Part shown: piece by piece, positions 15,682-31,002 of the stretch
Layout: every line of letters starts with the position of its first letter
Numbering within the stretch: the first letter of the stretch is position 1
Source of the DNA: the human T2T-CHM13v2.0 reference genome, Homo sapiens
Direction: 5' to 3' (one strand)
Assembly (NCBI RefSeq): GCF_009914755.1
Contig: NC_060932.1
Length of the DNA: 64,000 nucleotides
Notes under the pieces: generated by a model
The model's input: the letters and a program-made list of their open reading frames with translations, nothing else
Told to the model about the DNA's origin: nothing
Database searches by the model: none
Program-made: the position numbers and the translations under genes

Positions 15682-17191
15682 TTTTGCAGCATTTTATATT
15701 GTTTTCCTCCATAATCTCCTTAGGAAGCTCTACATAACAAATTTCTTTGGCAATTTGTGTTAAGAAGAGCTTTGTTTCTTTTAATTACTGATTATATTCT
15801 TATATTTGAAACTGGAAAGATATAGATATAGATATATAGACATATCTACCTACCAATTCAAGATCAATAAATGAACAATTTGCTGCAGTGTCTCCAAGCA
15901 AATGAAATGTCGGGGGAATTTGGTAGTTTGTTGAATAAGAACCTTGCGTGACATTTTGATTGAACTTGGACTTTTAATTACAACTACCAAAGTAGTGAGG
16001 CTGTGTTATTCAAAAGAAGTGTCATTAATTATGAGATCACTTTATGTTTTGGAAGTATTATATGCTAAAAGAGAATGTACATACTAAACAATCAGTTTTA
16101 TATCTAAATATAAACAAAATTCTGTGTTTCCCCCATGTCTGAAGATTATAATGAAAACAAATGAAAACTAGGTCTGTCCTTGTGAGTTTCTCAGGACATT
16201 AAACTTACACCATTAATCATTAAGGTGGCATATTTCATTTAAAGAGGGCAATGTATTAGTCCTCTGCACTCTGCAAACACATGCCCTGTACTTCCCTGAT
16301 CTCTCGGGAATACTCTGACCTACTGGAGGATTCATGGAACAAAGTCAAAATCATACTGCAAAAGATAGGTCACAACTCTGGACTAACTGTAGAAATTCAC
16401 ATGACATTCTGGAAGAGCCAAAGTTCTTCATTAGGTTAATAGACAAGATATGAAGAAATATAACAGAAGATTTGTACTTCTCCAAAAAAATACTGATATT
16501 ATATTAAGTAAAATTATATTGAAAATTTATCTATATATTGTGATACTGAGCTCTTATGAAGTATATTCAGAAGAGCACAAAATAATATACAAATTTTACT
16601 GGATTAATGTAATGGTCTTGTGATTAGTTTACCTGCAAGCAGGGAAAACCCACATTAAACTGCAGTTTGTATATCTTAAGGTATTTTAGACAAGCTTGCA
16701 TGACCTTCAAGTGTGAGGATTACACGCAGCACAATAGAAATAAATGAGAAATAGGTCAGTTTGTAGAAACTATTCAAGAACATGCCCTTGCCTTCTTCAT
16801 GCTTGCAACTAACTTCCAAAAATAATTAGACATTATAAATTATGTAGCATACATGCAAAGGCAGAGAGCAGGTTTATAACCTTAGAAAACGTTCAGCAAG
16901 AAGCTTAACCATCATCACATCATATATTTAGCTGTGTCTTCCTGTTTGATTCCAAAACGTGCTAAAAGTCTTCCCTCTATACTTTAGTTTTTTATGTTAT
17001 GAAAAAAGGCATTTAGCCTTGGGTAACCTCTAGTATACGGATTTGAAATACTATATTTTGTAAGGCAAATGCAATTTTCAATTTGTTATGAAGTTTTCCA
17101 TTTATACCATAGATAAAATACCTACTGAGTTAATTAAAAACACACATGAATAGAATTGGACCCACAAAAATGTATAAAAGGCAGCAAGTTA

Positions 17192-19035
<1,844 letters not shown>

Positions 19036-19367
19036 AGAAAACAAAAACACATTTTTGCAATATAAAATTTCACTTAAATTCTCAAACCACTGGATATCTT
19101 GCCCAAGTAAAACAACTTTCTTTCCCTTGCCTCTTTTGCTAATACAGAGACATCTGAGCTGCTACTCAAAGCCTGTCTTTTAATATTTTAATCATAATTT
19201 TTAATTGTGATTTAATAAGCACATAGAATGATGCTTATTAAAATGTTTAAAGAAAAGGGCTCCTTTCTAAACAAAAAATTCAGCGTAGGTTTTAAAGAAA
19301 GTAAGCATTTTGACAGTTTATGTTCTTGTTGTTAAAGAATTACCGTAGTGTAAATATTTCCTTGCAG

Positions 19368-19373
19368 GTCGAG
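19368..19373 (+). other. Candidate 6-nt micro-exon GTCGAG
   Basis: atttccttgcag|GTCGAG|gtaata; motif evidence only, short pyrimidine tract. Confidence 0.2.
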
Positions 19374-20878
19374 GTAATATATATCACCAATATTGTTCTT
19401 CTGAAGCTCTACAATGAGTTCACTCCCTTTAAAAGTTTTGCTGAACATAATATTTTATCAGCCTCTGTAAGAACAATGCAAAACCAGTCTGTTCATCTGG
19501 ACCAATGCCAAGTATAAGCTATTTGAGCTAAGTGGATGTTTATAGTTATTCTTAAATTTACTTGTCAATAATTTGACCAAAGAGTAACGTTGATCATACC
19601 AACCAAGCAATGTAAAGCTGAACAAAAGAACGATCAGACCATTCTCACGCTGAAGATTCACTTTAGGATGGAGTAACAGACTCCATAAATACCCAATAAA
19701 TTATTCCATTTCATTAGGGTATGGACTAACTCTTTAGGATATAGAAAGAATATATTAAAAACTAACTGGGCATTTGAAGACGGTCAGAGGATCTAAATTC
19801 CAGAAGCAAAGCAAAAGTAGAGGAAAAGTTTACTGAACTTTCAAGGTAAAATTATTCCTTAAAGATCTGGTTTTACTCACACGAGTTGAAAGATAATTGA
19901 TTAAATTAATTTGACCAACTCCTACTCTAAGCAATTTAAGCACGACAAAATAGGCACTAATCAGAGGATACAGTATAGTTTTTGAGAGAATTAAATCTGT
20001 GACACATTACTCCTTGCATGATCACATGAGTATCAATTAGCAAATGACTATATTTACTGATATGCATTAAGGTAACTTTGTTTAGAATGAACTTCAGTTC
20101 TCCAAGTAAAACCATTAGCAATTTAAAAACACATATATTAACAGGCTAAAAAGCAAGGACCTTACTGATAAGGTCGAATGCTACAAAAGTGATACACGTT
20201 TTAATAGGTAAACTGTTCTTTGCTTCACAATCATTTCAGTTGCCTTACGTTGTTTAAATAATTCTGTACAATAGCACTTTCTGTGACAATCTGAAGGCTT
20301 ATATTATCTAATGCAGTATACACTGGCCATAGAGATTTCCTGAGCATAGGAATGAATATATAATTTTAAATTTTTACTTAAGGTTAATTAATTTAAAGTG
20401 GAATACCCACATGTGACAAGTAGCCATAGTATTTCAAAGCACAGGAATAATTAGAGCAATTCAGTTCTGCAAAAGTATCCTATAAAAATTATTCTAATTT
20501 CCATATTTAATTATAAAAGGATATATATATATAATCTACATTGTAGCGCTCAAAATATTTTCTTATATTTAGACTTTTCTCTTTTATTGTCATCGAGCTT
20601 TAAAACTTCAAGAACCTTGAATAAATAATACAAAAATCATCTACCATCATCAAAGATGTATCGTGATATATGAGCATAAAACCTAGAATTAAAAAAATCA
20701 TGATGCAAATCCCAGTCAAACAAAGTTTCAAGTAATACTTCAAGGAAAAAAAAAAAAACAGCACAGAGCTTCTTGAATTAGAAAAAGCAAAATGTGAGAA
20801 GTATAAATCTTATATATTTAAGCACTCACTACATCACAACTAAGAAAACAAAACCAAAATTGAGAAATCCCTTATTAC

Positions 20879-20958
20879 CTTGATTTACGCGAACACTTGC
20901 CTGCATTTGTATTTTGTACACAAACTTCTCTTTTCTTAAATTTTAAACTATGCATTTC
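20879..20958 (-). other. Candidate 80-nt exon (one open frame EMHSLKFKKREVCVQNTNAGKCSRKS)
   Basis: cttattgttcag| ... AAG|gtaata on the minus strand; weak acceptor; peptide not recognised. Confidence 0.15.
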
Positions 20959-21206
20959 CTGAACAATAAGATTATTTTGGAATTGTTTCATGAATTTTTT
21001 CTGCATTAGTTTTTGTTTCCACTATTTTGTGTTTAATGGAAGTTAAGATATTAAACACTACAAACTAAAAATAAAGCAATTCAAAACTTTTTTTCAACAA
21101 ATCGTAAGTGTAAATAAAAGTATAGTAGTTTATGAGAGGTTAAAAATGAAGCAGGACACAGTAATATGTTTTAAGTCTATGAAAAGATTTAAAAATCAGA
21201 AAAGGC

Positions 21207-21521
21207 CTCATGCCTGTAATCCCAGCACTTTGGGAGGCTGACTCAGGCGGATCACTTGAGGCCAGGAGTTCGAAACCAGCCTGGCCAACATGATGAAACC
21301 CCATCTCTACCAAAAATACAAAAATTAGCCAGGCGTGGAGGCACGTGCCTGAAATCCCAGCTACTCAGGAGGCTGAGGCAGGAGAATCACTTGAACCCAG
21401 GAGGCGGATGTTGCAGTGAGCCACGATGATGCCACTGCACTCCAGTCTGAATGAGAAAATGAGATTCTGTCTCAAAAAATACGTATATAACTAAATAAAA
21501 TAAATGAATAAATACATAAAT
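21207..21521 (+). mobile_element. AluS (Sz/Sx-like), slightly 5'-truncated
   Basis: gcggatcacttgaggccaggagttcgaaaccagcctggccaac; (TAAA)n tail; AAAAATCAG on both flanks. Confidence 0.9.
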
Positions 21522-22604
21522 AAAAATCAGCAAAGAAGAGGCGGAGCAAAATGGCCAAATAAGACCCTCCAGTGATCATCTACCCACAGAAACATCAAAT
21601 TTAGCAACTATTCAAGTGCCAAGGTACCCTCACAAGAGCTTAAAATACCAGGTGAGAGGTCAAAGTACCTGATTTTAGCATAAAAACAAAAAAAGATGCA
21701 ATGAAGAGGGCAAGAAGGACAGAGTCACACTGCCATCTTCACCCCTCTCCCAACTCCAAGAAGCACAACTCAGAGACAGACAAAACTCTCAGGAAGCGAG
21801 AGGGAAGTAATTGCAGGACTTTGGCGTGGAGTCCCGTGCCAGGCCTACCAGGGTGAAACCCAGCATGAAGCCCAGTATTGGGCAGAATCCCACAACCTCT
21901 GGCTCCAGGCCACGGCCCACAGACAGATAGAGCCACCTGGACTTGCCTCAGCTCTAAAAGGCAACCTACAGCCCCAGCAGTATGGTCTCATGTTCCAGCC
22001 AGCACTAGCCAGTGGTTTACAGCAGCCTCAGACCACAGGCGAAACTCAGTGACAAGGAGGCCATAGCTGCCCTGGTCCCAGTGACCATGGACTTCAAATA
22101 TGACCTAGCATTACAGTAGCCATGGTGACTGTGGGAATGGCTACTTAATCCATCCCTCAATTTTAGGCAGCACAGCATGGACAGGGATGCTGTGTGTTTA
22201 AGGAAAGGAGAAGGAGGTTGAAAGAAAACATAGCCTTGGAGACCAGCATCGGGTCCTTCACAATGAGACAGAGTAGAGTGGAGCTCTGCAGTGCCTGACT
22301 CTAGGCTGGTTACTGTGGATGGAGCATCTGGATCTTCCTCAGCCTCAGACAGAAATCCATGGACCCAAATGCCAGATTTCCCTTCCTTCAGGAACAAAAC
22401 ATCCGCAGTAGACCTGCGGCAAACCTCAGCTTAGGCTGCCATCTAGTGCTGAACATGGGGCAACACAACACCTGCAGACTAGTAACAAAAATGGGCTTAG
22501 AGCATTATCTGGCGATGATACAGAGGCAGTGACCACCGGCTGAAAGAAAATAATCAGTCTGCTTAGAAATCTCGTGAAGAACAAGCACTAAAACCCCAGA
22601 TGGT

Positions 22605-22962
<358 letters not shown>

Positions 22963-23111
22963 TCAATATGCAGGTGTCATTGCATATCCACAAACATCAA
23001 GAATATTTAGGATACCGTGACCTCACCAAACAGACAAAATAAGGCACCAGAGACCAACCCTAAAGTGATGGAGATGTGTGATCTCTTGGAGATTTCAAAA
23101 TAGCTTTAAAA

Positions 23112-23614
<503 letters not shown>

Positions 23615-24139
23615 TTAAGCAAACTCAACATGGTCCAAGAAAATGTAGAGAGACAATTCAGCAATTTATTTAAAAAGAAAAAAAAAACTTAACAGAGAGA
23701 ATGAAATAAATTAAAAAAAAATCACACAGAAATCCTAGACTTGAAAATTACAATAAGCCAAACGAAAAATTCAGTAAAGAGCATCAATAGCAGAACTGAT
23801 CAAGCAGAAGAAATAACTAGTGAAGTCAGGGAGAGGAGATTTGAAAACACGCAGTCAGAAAAAAAGAATGAAAAGGAACAAAGAAAGTCTAGAGGAATTA
23901 TGGGAGAACATCAAAAGAGCAACTGTTTAAGTTATTAGTGTTCAAGAGGCTCTTAAGCATGCCAAGAGGTAGAAGACATATTCAAAGAGATAATAACAGA
24001 AAACTCCCCAAACCTAAGGAAACATATGATTATCCGAGGACATAAAGATCAAAGATGACCAAACAGACTCAATCCCAATAAGTCTGTCTTAAGAGATATC
24101 ATAATCAAACTCTCAAAGTCTGGAAGATTACCGATTCAT

Positions 24140-24700
24140 ATAAATTGAACCAAAATGTAATGATCCATTACTATGGGGCAGGGACGAAGCAATACAAATA
24201 TAACAGGCATGTTCCTTTTCATTCAGGGTCTTCCATTTTTGTGGGTGAGACATTAATGAAATACATTGGAATCAATATGATGGTAATATGTTTCACACAC
24301 TTCCACAGAAGCACCAAGATAACTCACCTAATATGAACAGGCATATTAAAAAGTGTTTTTCTCAAGACATGATATTTGCACTGATTAAAAAAATACTGTG
24401 TAGGAATTAGCCAGGTAGGGACCCAAGAAGAAATGCAGGACATGTCTGCACTAGGAACAGATTAAATGGAGAGAGAAGGAAAGGGACAAAATAGGGAACT
24501 GAAATCAGTTTATTTCTAGACAACATGTCACATAAGATCACGATGTGAAAATGTAGTGAAGAGTGAAGAAATCGTTAGGGACCTGATGGGTCATTGTGAG
24601 GGTTTTTATCTTATCCTAAGCAAAGATAAGGAGTCACTGAGACACTTCCAGTTGTCTATGATCAAAGCAACTAAGAGCAAAATCCACAATGCCTAAGTAG
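24140..24700 (-). mobile_element. L2 fragment (antisense)
   Basis: ttttatcttatcctaagcaaagataaggagtcactga and related antisense L2 motifs. Confidence 0.45.
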
Positions 24701-26914
24701 ATGAGGTAAAAACGAAGTAAATTATGATGAAACTTCAGAAACACAGATCCGACATAAACTGGTAATCACAAAGAGAACACTGGAATCCAAGTCATTATAA
24801 CCACAAAATGGAGTAGAGGAACTATTGCAAGACAAAATATGAAGAGCTAGAATGAATTTCTTTTACTAGCTAAATGACTTCTGTGAAGGAACTAGGACAA
24901 AAGTGGAATTTAAGTTAGTTCTAAAAGATTAAAGGCTCATAAATCATATCATCTTATGTTTTTACAGGGTTTCACTTTGTCTTATAATATTTTTGTTTTC
25001 TTATTTAATTTGGAATATAATGAGTGTGGTAGATAATAGTCCTTTTATCTTTTCCCACTTTCCAGATAAGAGTTATTATTATTATTTTCTTTTTTAGTAC
25101 ATTATGGATTAAGTAATATCCTTGACAATATGCATACTGGGGTATGTATATCCATCAAGTGACAGTTTTAATACTGAACAAGTATTATATGTCATAAGAT
25201 GATAAAAGAGCTCAAAATGAATCTCAGATCAATGAGCAAAATAACCCCACGGGAGGAAAAAAGCATGGAAACATAAGTAGCGTTATCATTTAAATTTTAT
25301 TTATCTAATCAGCCTACTAGTGCCACTGCTGTGTATTGTAAGATGTGGTTTGCTATAAGATTTTGATAAGAGAAATAGTGAACTGGACATTAATGGTGTT
25401 ACATGGAGCGTTTAGGCTATAGACATCATTTTTATTGTTTATTGTTTAGTGCTTGTCCATTCTGGTATCGCCTAGTCTCATGATGCTATTATGCATAATA
25501 TTCTTAATTCCTCAACATTCACTGCTACGATATTTTCGTTGTCACTGTTTTACTCCTGATGCTTCAGAGAGTTTTTGATGATTGATGAGCAGCAGTGGGA
25601 TTGTGAATATGATACATTTGTAAAATCTCTTTGGGATCTTGGTCCACTCATCTGTATGTAGTGTGAGGAGTTTGGGCTCATTGATCTAAAATGCTTTCAT
25701 TTTAATTGCTGCATATATTTAAGAATCTTTCAGAGCCTTTATCTATTCATTCTGTGTTTATCTCATATTCTTTGCTCAAGGTATATATTCTTAAGATGTA
25801 AAAAAGTCATTCTATTTTTACATTTAGGTTCTTTCTGCATTTCTCTTACATCAGTTGCTAGAAAAAATCAAATTTAGTCTATTCAAAATTGGTCAATTAT
25901 AGCATTTCAAAAGAATTATCATGTACTTATATATTTATATAAAATAAAGTTATAGCCTAATTTACTTTTTCTTCAAAGTTTTGGGAAATTATGTTTACTG
26001 TTTATATTTCTGCAAATTTGCTAAGTTTCAGTGATAATATATATTGTATCTTTGAATAGTTTAATGATAAAATATAGTGAGAAAAACAGAAACAACGGAA
26101 GCAAAATACTGGGAATACGGTAGACTATATATAGAAATTATATATAAATATATATATGTATAGAAATTATATACAATTTCTGTTTGTATTGTCTTCCCTA
26201 CTCCCAGGATACATATACATATATATATTTGTTCTAGTTAAAAGCAAATCAATGATAACATTTATATTTAAAAATATATATGTGTATATATATATATTCT
26301 CTGCAGTGTCTTTAACATTGCTTCATACCATTTTTGCGTCTGACTTTCCAATTTCAAGTAAAAATCTGTCTCACTGGCATTCAAATAGTTAATACTTGCA
26401 TATTTGCTATAACACAATTGGAAGTTAATTACTCATTGACAAGTCACAGACAGTTTTTCATAAAGCACTGGTGGTCTGCGTATCGAAATTAGGGGATAGT
26501 ATTTAAACAAGTATTGGTTATACTTTACATGTAGAACCCATACATTTTATCGTTGGCTTGCTTTTAATTATAACAAAAATAAATATATTTTTCTACTTGG
26601 TGGCATATATATGTGTTATTAGAACATGAGAAAATTATAAAAACAAAGATTATTAAATTAATATTATATGTACATTTGCATTCATTACTTTTGTATTGCT
26701 CATTTAAAAAATCTAGTTACATATTTAGTCTGGAATATAAAACATCCTCATCTGAATTCTTGAAGTATGTTAAAAACGTATTAGAATGTATCTTGACTAT
26801 AACTTAAAGAGAAAACTTTAAATAAAATAATTGAAATATAATACATATTTTTATTTCAAATTATTAAGTATATATCTTAAGTGCCATTACAGGCTAGCAG
26901 AATTTATTACCTGT

Positions 26915-27370
26915 AAATAGAAAATAGAAGAGTAAAACAAAAAAGAATATATAAAACAATAATAATCACAAAATCCAATTCTATATCATTAAACACAATT
27001 ATAAGTGTTTCACTCTTGTATATTCTCTATGATATAGTCATAAATTTTTTTATTTGTTTTCATAAATTTGGGAATTAGTCTGCATTAGAGAGCAGCTTAA
27101 GGTTTTATCATAGCATTATATTGTAAGCACTTTCACACCTCAAATATTTGAGATTATTACTTTAATGGCTCAAATTTATTTTGTAACAATATGTTAATTC
27201 ATTAAATAATTCAACTGTTCTTAAATATTAAGAAATGTCCACTTTTTATATTAGAAGCAGTGCTAATATAAACATTCTCGTGCTGTAATCACTGTGTAGA
27301 TCTCTAATTCCTTAGCATAAATTTCCAGAGACAGGATCATATCCATTTACTTGCCTTCATACTATTTTTA
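26915..27370 (-). mobile_element. Very old L1ME 3' fragment
   Basis: tgctaatataaacattctcgtgc...ttccttagcataaatttccagagacaggat. Confidence 0.4.
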
Positions 27371-27976
27371 ATTATTTCAAAACGAGGCATTGCATCAGAA
27401 ATATATGCAGCCCTCTGAAGACAATACTGAGCTGCTGTATATTTGCATAACTCACAAGGTGACCATGATGCACACTCCTTGGTATACTGCACATTCAGCT
27501 TTCAACTTTCAAGTGATTTATGTGACCCAGATTGCCTTTGGGTCATTGATCTCCATGTCAGATAAATTTCTGATGATAGTGTGGAGAGTTCTTTAAGTCA
27601 AAAATTCTGGAGGACAAAATGCTATGACATGATGCTGTCAACTTCACCATCCCCAGTGAGTGTACAAATGAGATATGAACAAGACGTCAACTGATTGGGG
27701 ACACTGCTGTGGGGTCAGCCCAGGTTTGACTGGGTCAACAGTCTGCATACGTTTTTGCTTGATATCCTTTCAATAATTTTGAGAAAGAATGTGTGCTGTC
27801 ATGTATGTTTATTTGTTATGTAAATATGTATTTATAATTTAACAAGTCTTTGTTAACAAAGGGAGAAAAATTTTAAACACCATATAAGGTAAAATAAGGA
27901 TTGGCTATAAGTGGAATAAATATTTGATGACACAATTTCATGGAACACCTTAACTTCTTATTAAAATAAAAATCAA

Positions 27977-28282
<306 letters not shown>

Positions 28283-28573
28283 AATCTAAACGATATGTAC
28301 AAATTTTACACTTAAGGTTTTTTCAGCGTATTTTGAGAAATGTGATAGTCCTGAGAAATATCCCAGTTACATTTTAAAATGAACCGATACGGCTTCAGTT
28401 TTTCTAAATCTAAATCAACATGGCCCAAGCTTCAGGCTAAACAGAAATAAGTATAAAACAATATTTCCAATTATCCCTTTACTTATTCCCTGAAGGGATT
28501 TAATATATCTGGGAGCTATAACAGCTAAGATTGGGTTGTGTGAAGCCTATACCTTTCTTCCTTAAAATGGGAA

Positions 28574-28695
28574 AAATGTGAATGTATGCAATACCACACT
28601 TTCATAAGAAATGATGTATAGGAATAGTGCCGCAATAAACACTATTTCTATACATCATTTCTTATGAAACTGCGGTATAGTATACATTCACATTT
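28574..28695. repeat. Inverted repeat, 56-bp arms (51/56 match), 10-nt loop
   Basis: 28574-28629 versus the reverse complement of 28640-28695, compared by hand. Confidence 0.93.
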
Positions 28696-29136
28696 ACAAT
28701 AGCAAAGACTTGGAACCAACCCAAATGTCCAACAATGATATAGACTGGATTAAGAAAATGTGGCACATATACACCATGGAATACTATGCAGCCATAAAAA
28801 TGATGAGCTCATGTACTTTGTAGGGACATGGATGAAGCTGGAAACCATCATTCTCTGCAAACTATCCCAAGGACAAAAAACCAAACACCACATGTTCTCA
28901 CTCACAGGTGGGAATTGAACAGTGAGAACACAAGGACACAGGAAGGGGAACATCACACCCTGGGGCCTGTTGTGAGGTGGGCGGAGCGGGGAGGGATAGC
29001 ATTAGGAGATATACCTAATGTTAAATGATGAGTTAATGGGTGCCGCACACCAATATGGCACATGTATACATATGTAACTAACCTGCACGTTGTGCACATG
29101 TACCGTAAAACTTAAAGTATAATTAAAAAAAAAAAG
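28622..29136 (+). mobile_element. L1PA4-like 3' end with 20-nt 5' inversion and templated fold-back insert
   Basis: Sense L1 at 28696-29135 (cctaatgttaaatgatgagttaatggg); inverted L1 20-mer at 28622-28641; TSD GAAATGATGTATAGGA at 28608-28623 and 29137-29152. Confidence 0.9.
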
Positions 29137-29863
29137 GAAATGATGTATAGGAGTTGACTATCTAATAAAGAAAATCTTAAAAAGATCTGTGAATCGTGTT
29201 CTTTAGAAATTTCTTTACATTATTACTATTATCTATAATTCAGCCTAAAAACTTTAGATGAGAATCATTTTGTTTTTGATTGATTCATATGAATTGTTAA
29301 ATGTGAGCTTTAATATATAATAGTAGAGTTATCTCCATGAAGACTTGTAGATAGTTTCATACCCAGCAATATCAAGAACAAATAAAATATTCTGAAGGAG
29401 ATGTCTCATTTGACCAACAGGAGATATTTAGGAATGCTGCTTCACTGGAGGTGGGTTCTGGAATTACAATTTTGACTTAGGTATTGGAACAAACCTGAGT
29501 TTCCTGTTCCTTTTACAAGACAGCTTTTCCTCTAACTTCCTATATGCTTGTCCAATATATAGAAAGATTTTTTTCCTGGTTTTCTGCTGGAGATGAAACA
29601 CACAGATCAACCTCCTTGACTGGGGTTTTTATATCCTGACTTGCTCTGCAAACCCTCTACTTCCTTGTCCGCTTCTAAAACCTCAGCTGTCCAAGTGAAG
29701 ATCCTGATTCATATCTACTGTAAGGCATTTTTGCTTTGTAGAAACAACTGAACAATTGCTGTTAAAAGCCTCGATCTCAGCTTTACATCTCTCTTTATAA
29801 ATCTTACCATGGAAAGCCAAAGTTAAACTTTTCCATGTACATTTTTCGTAAATATGGTGATGA

Positions 29864-30235
<372 letters not shown>

Positions 30236-30270
30236 TGAAATTTTGATAGCTGAGTTATATAAATTCCATA

Positions 30271-30345
30271 CAGGGTGACTATATGACGGACTTTTCCTGA
30301 GACAGTCTCACATTGCACTATTGTCCTGAATAACCACCAGTGTTC
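30271..30345 (+). mobile_element. MER94/MER81-like hAT-Blackjack fragment
   Basis: cagggtgactatatgacggacttttcctgagacagtctc. Confidence 0.45.
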
Positions 30346-30964
30346 TGGTAAAAGTGTGGCTGGCTCTTCAGAAGTAAAAGTCCTGACTGGTAGCACTTGG
30401 AAATTTTTGTGGGGTGAATGACTTAATGTTGGCTGATTTCAAGCTATTAATATGACATGACTGAACTTGGAGTTGTCAGTGAAAGCACAAATTAATTCCT
30501 TGCAAGCCTCCAGGAAGAGGCTGTTGCTAACTGCTGTATGGTACCTCCTTTCAAACTTAAACGTGTCCTGGTGTGTAGAATAAATTATGTTCATCATAAT
30601 TTTAAGCCATTGACTCTTTCTGAGGTTAGTAGGGAATGACTCTAAGTTTACTTGAAAATATTGTTCTGAATTCATAATATTGGTGAACAGCTTGTTATAA
30701 CCTCAGTTTTGACTGTGTCAGGTTGAAAAACTAAAATATCAATTAAATTTTACATTTGAATTGTTATATCTTGAACTGTAACTGTAGGGTACTATGTAAA
30801 AATTTTTATATTAGAAATGACTTGGGTTAACTCTTAGATGGAGATGATAAAAAACTATTTTCAGTTTCTATGTAAACTCAAATATATCAGTGTGAATGTC
30901 GAATTAGAAATAAACAAAGTTACATTTAAGTAAAACAAATTAAGTGAAATTTCTTAATAACAAC

Positions 30965-31002
30965 TAAGAAATTGTATACAAAATTTTGTATACAATTTCT
31001 TA
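30965..31002. repeat. Perfect spacerless 38-bp palindrome
   Basis: TAAGAAATTGTATACAAAA|TTTTGTATACAATTTCTTA. Confidence 0.97.

Noticed and set aside
26900-26950. Minus-strand strong acceptor followed directly by GT (tttacag|gtaata), resembling a recursive splice site
   Set aside because: The pyrimidine tract appears to derive from an old L1ME end, and GTAATA is weaker than the GTAAG typical of recursive sites.
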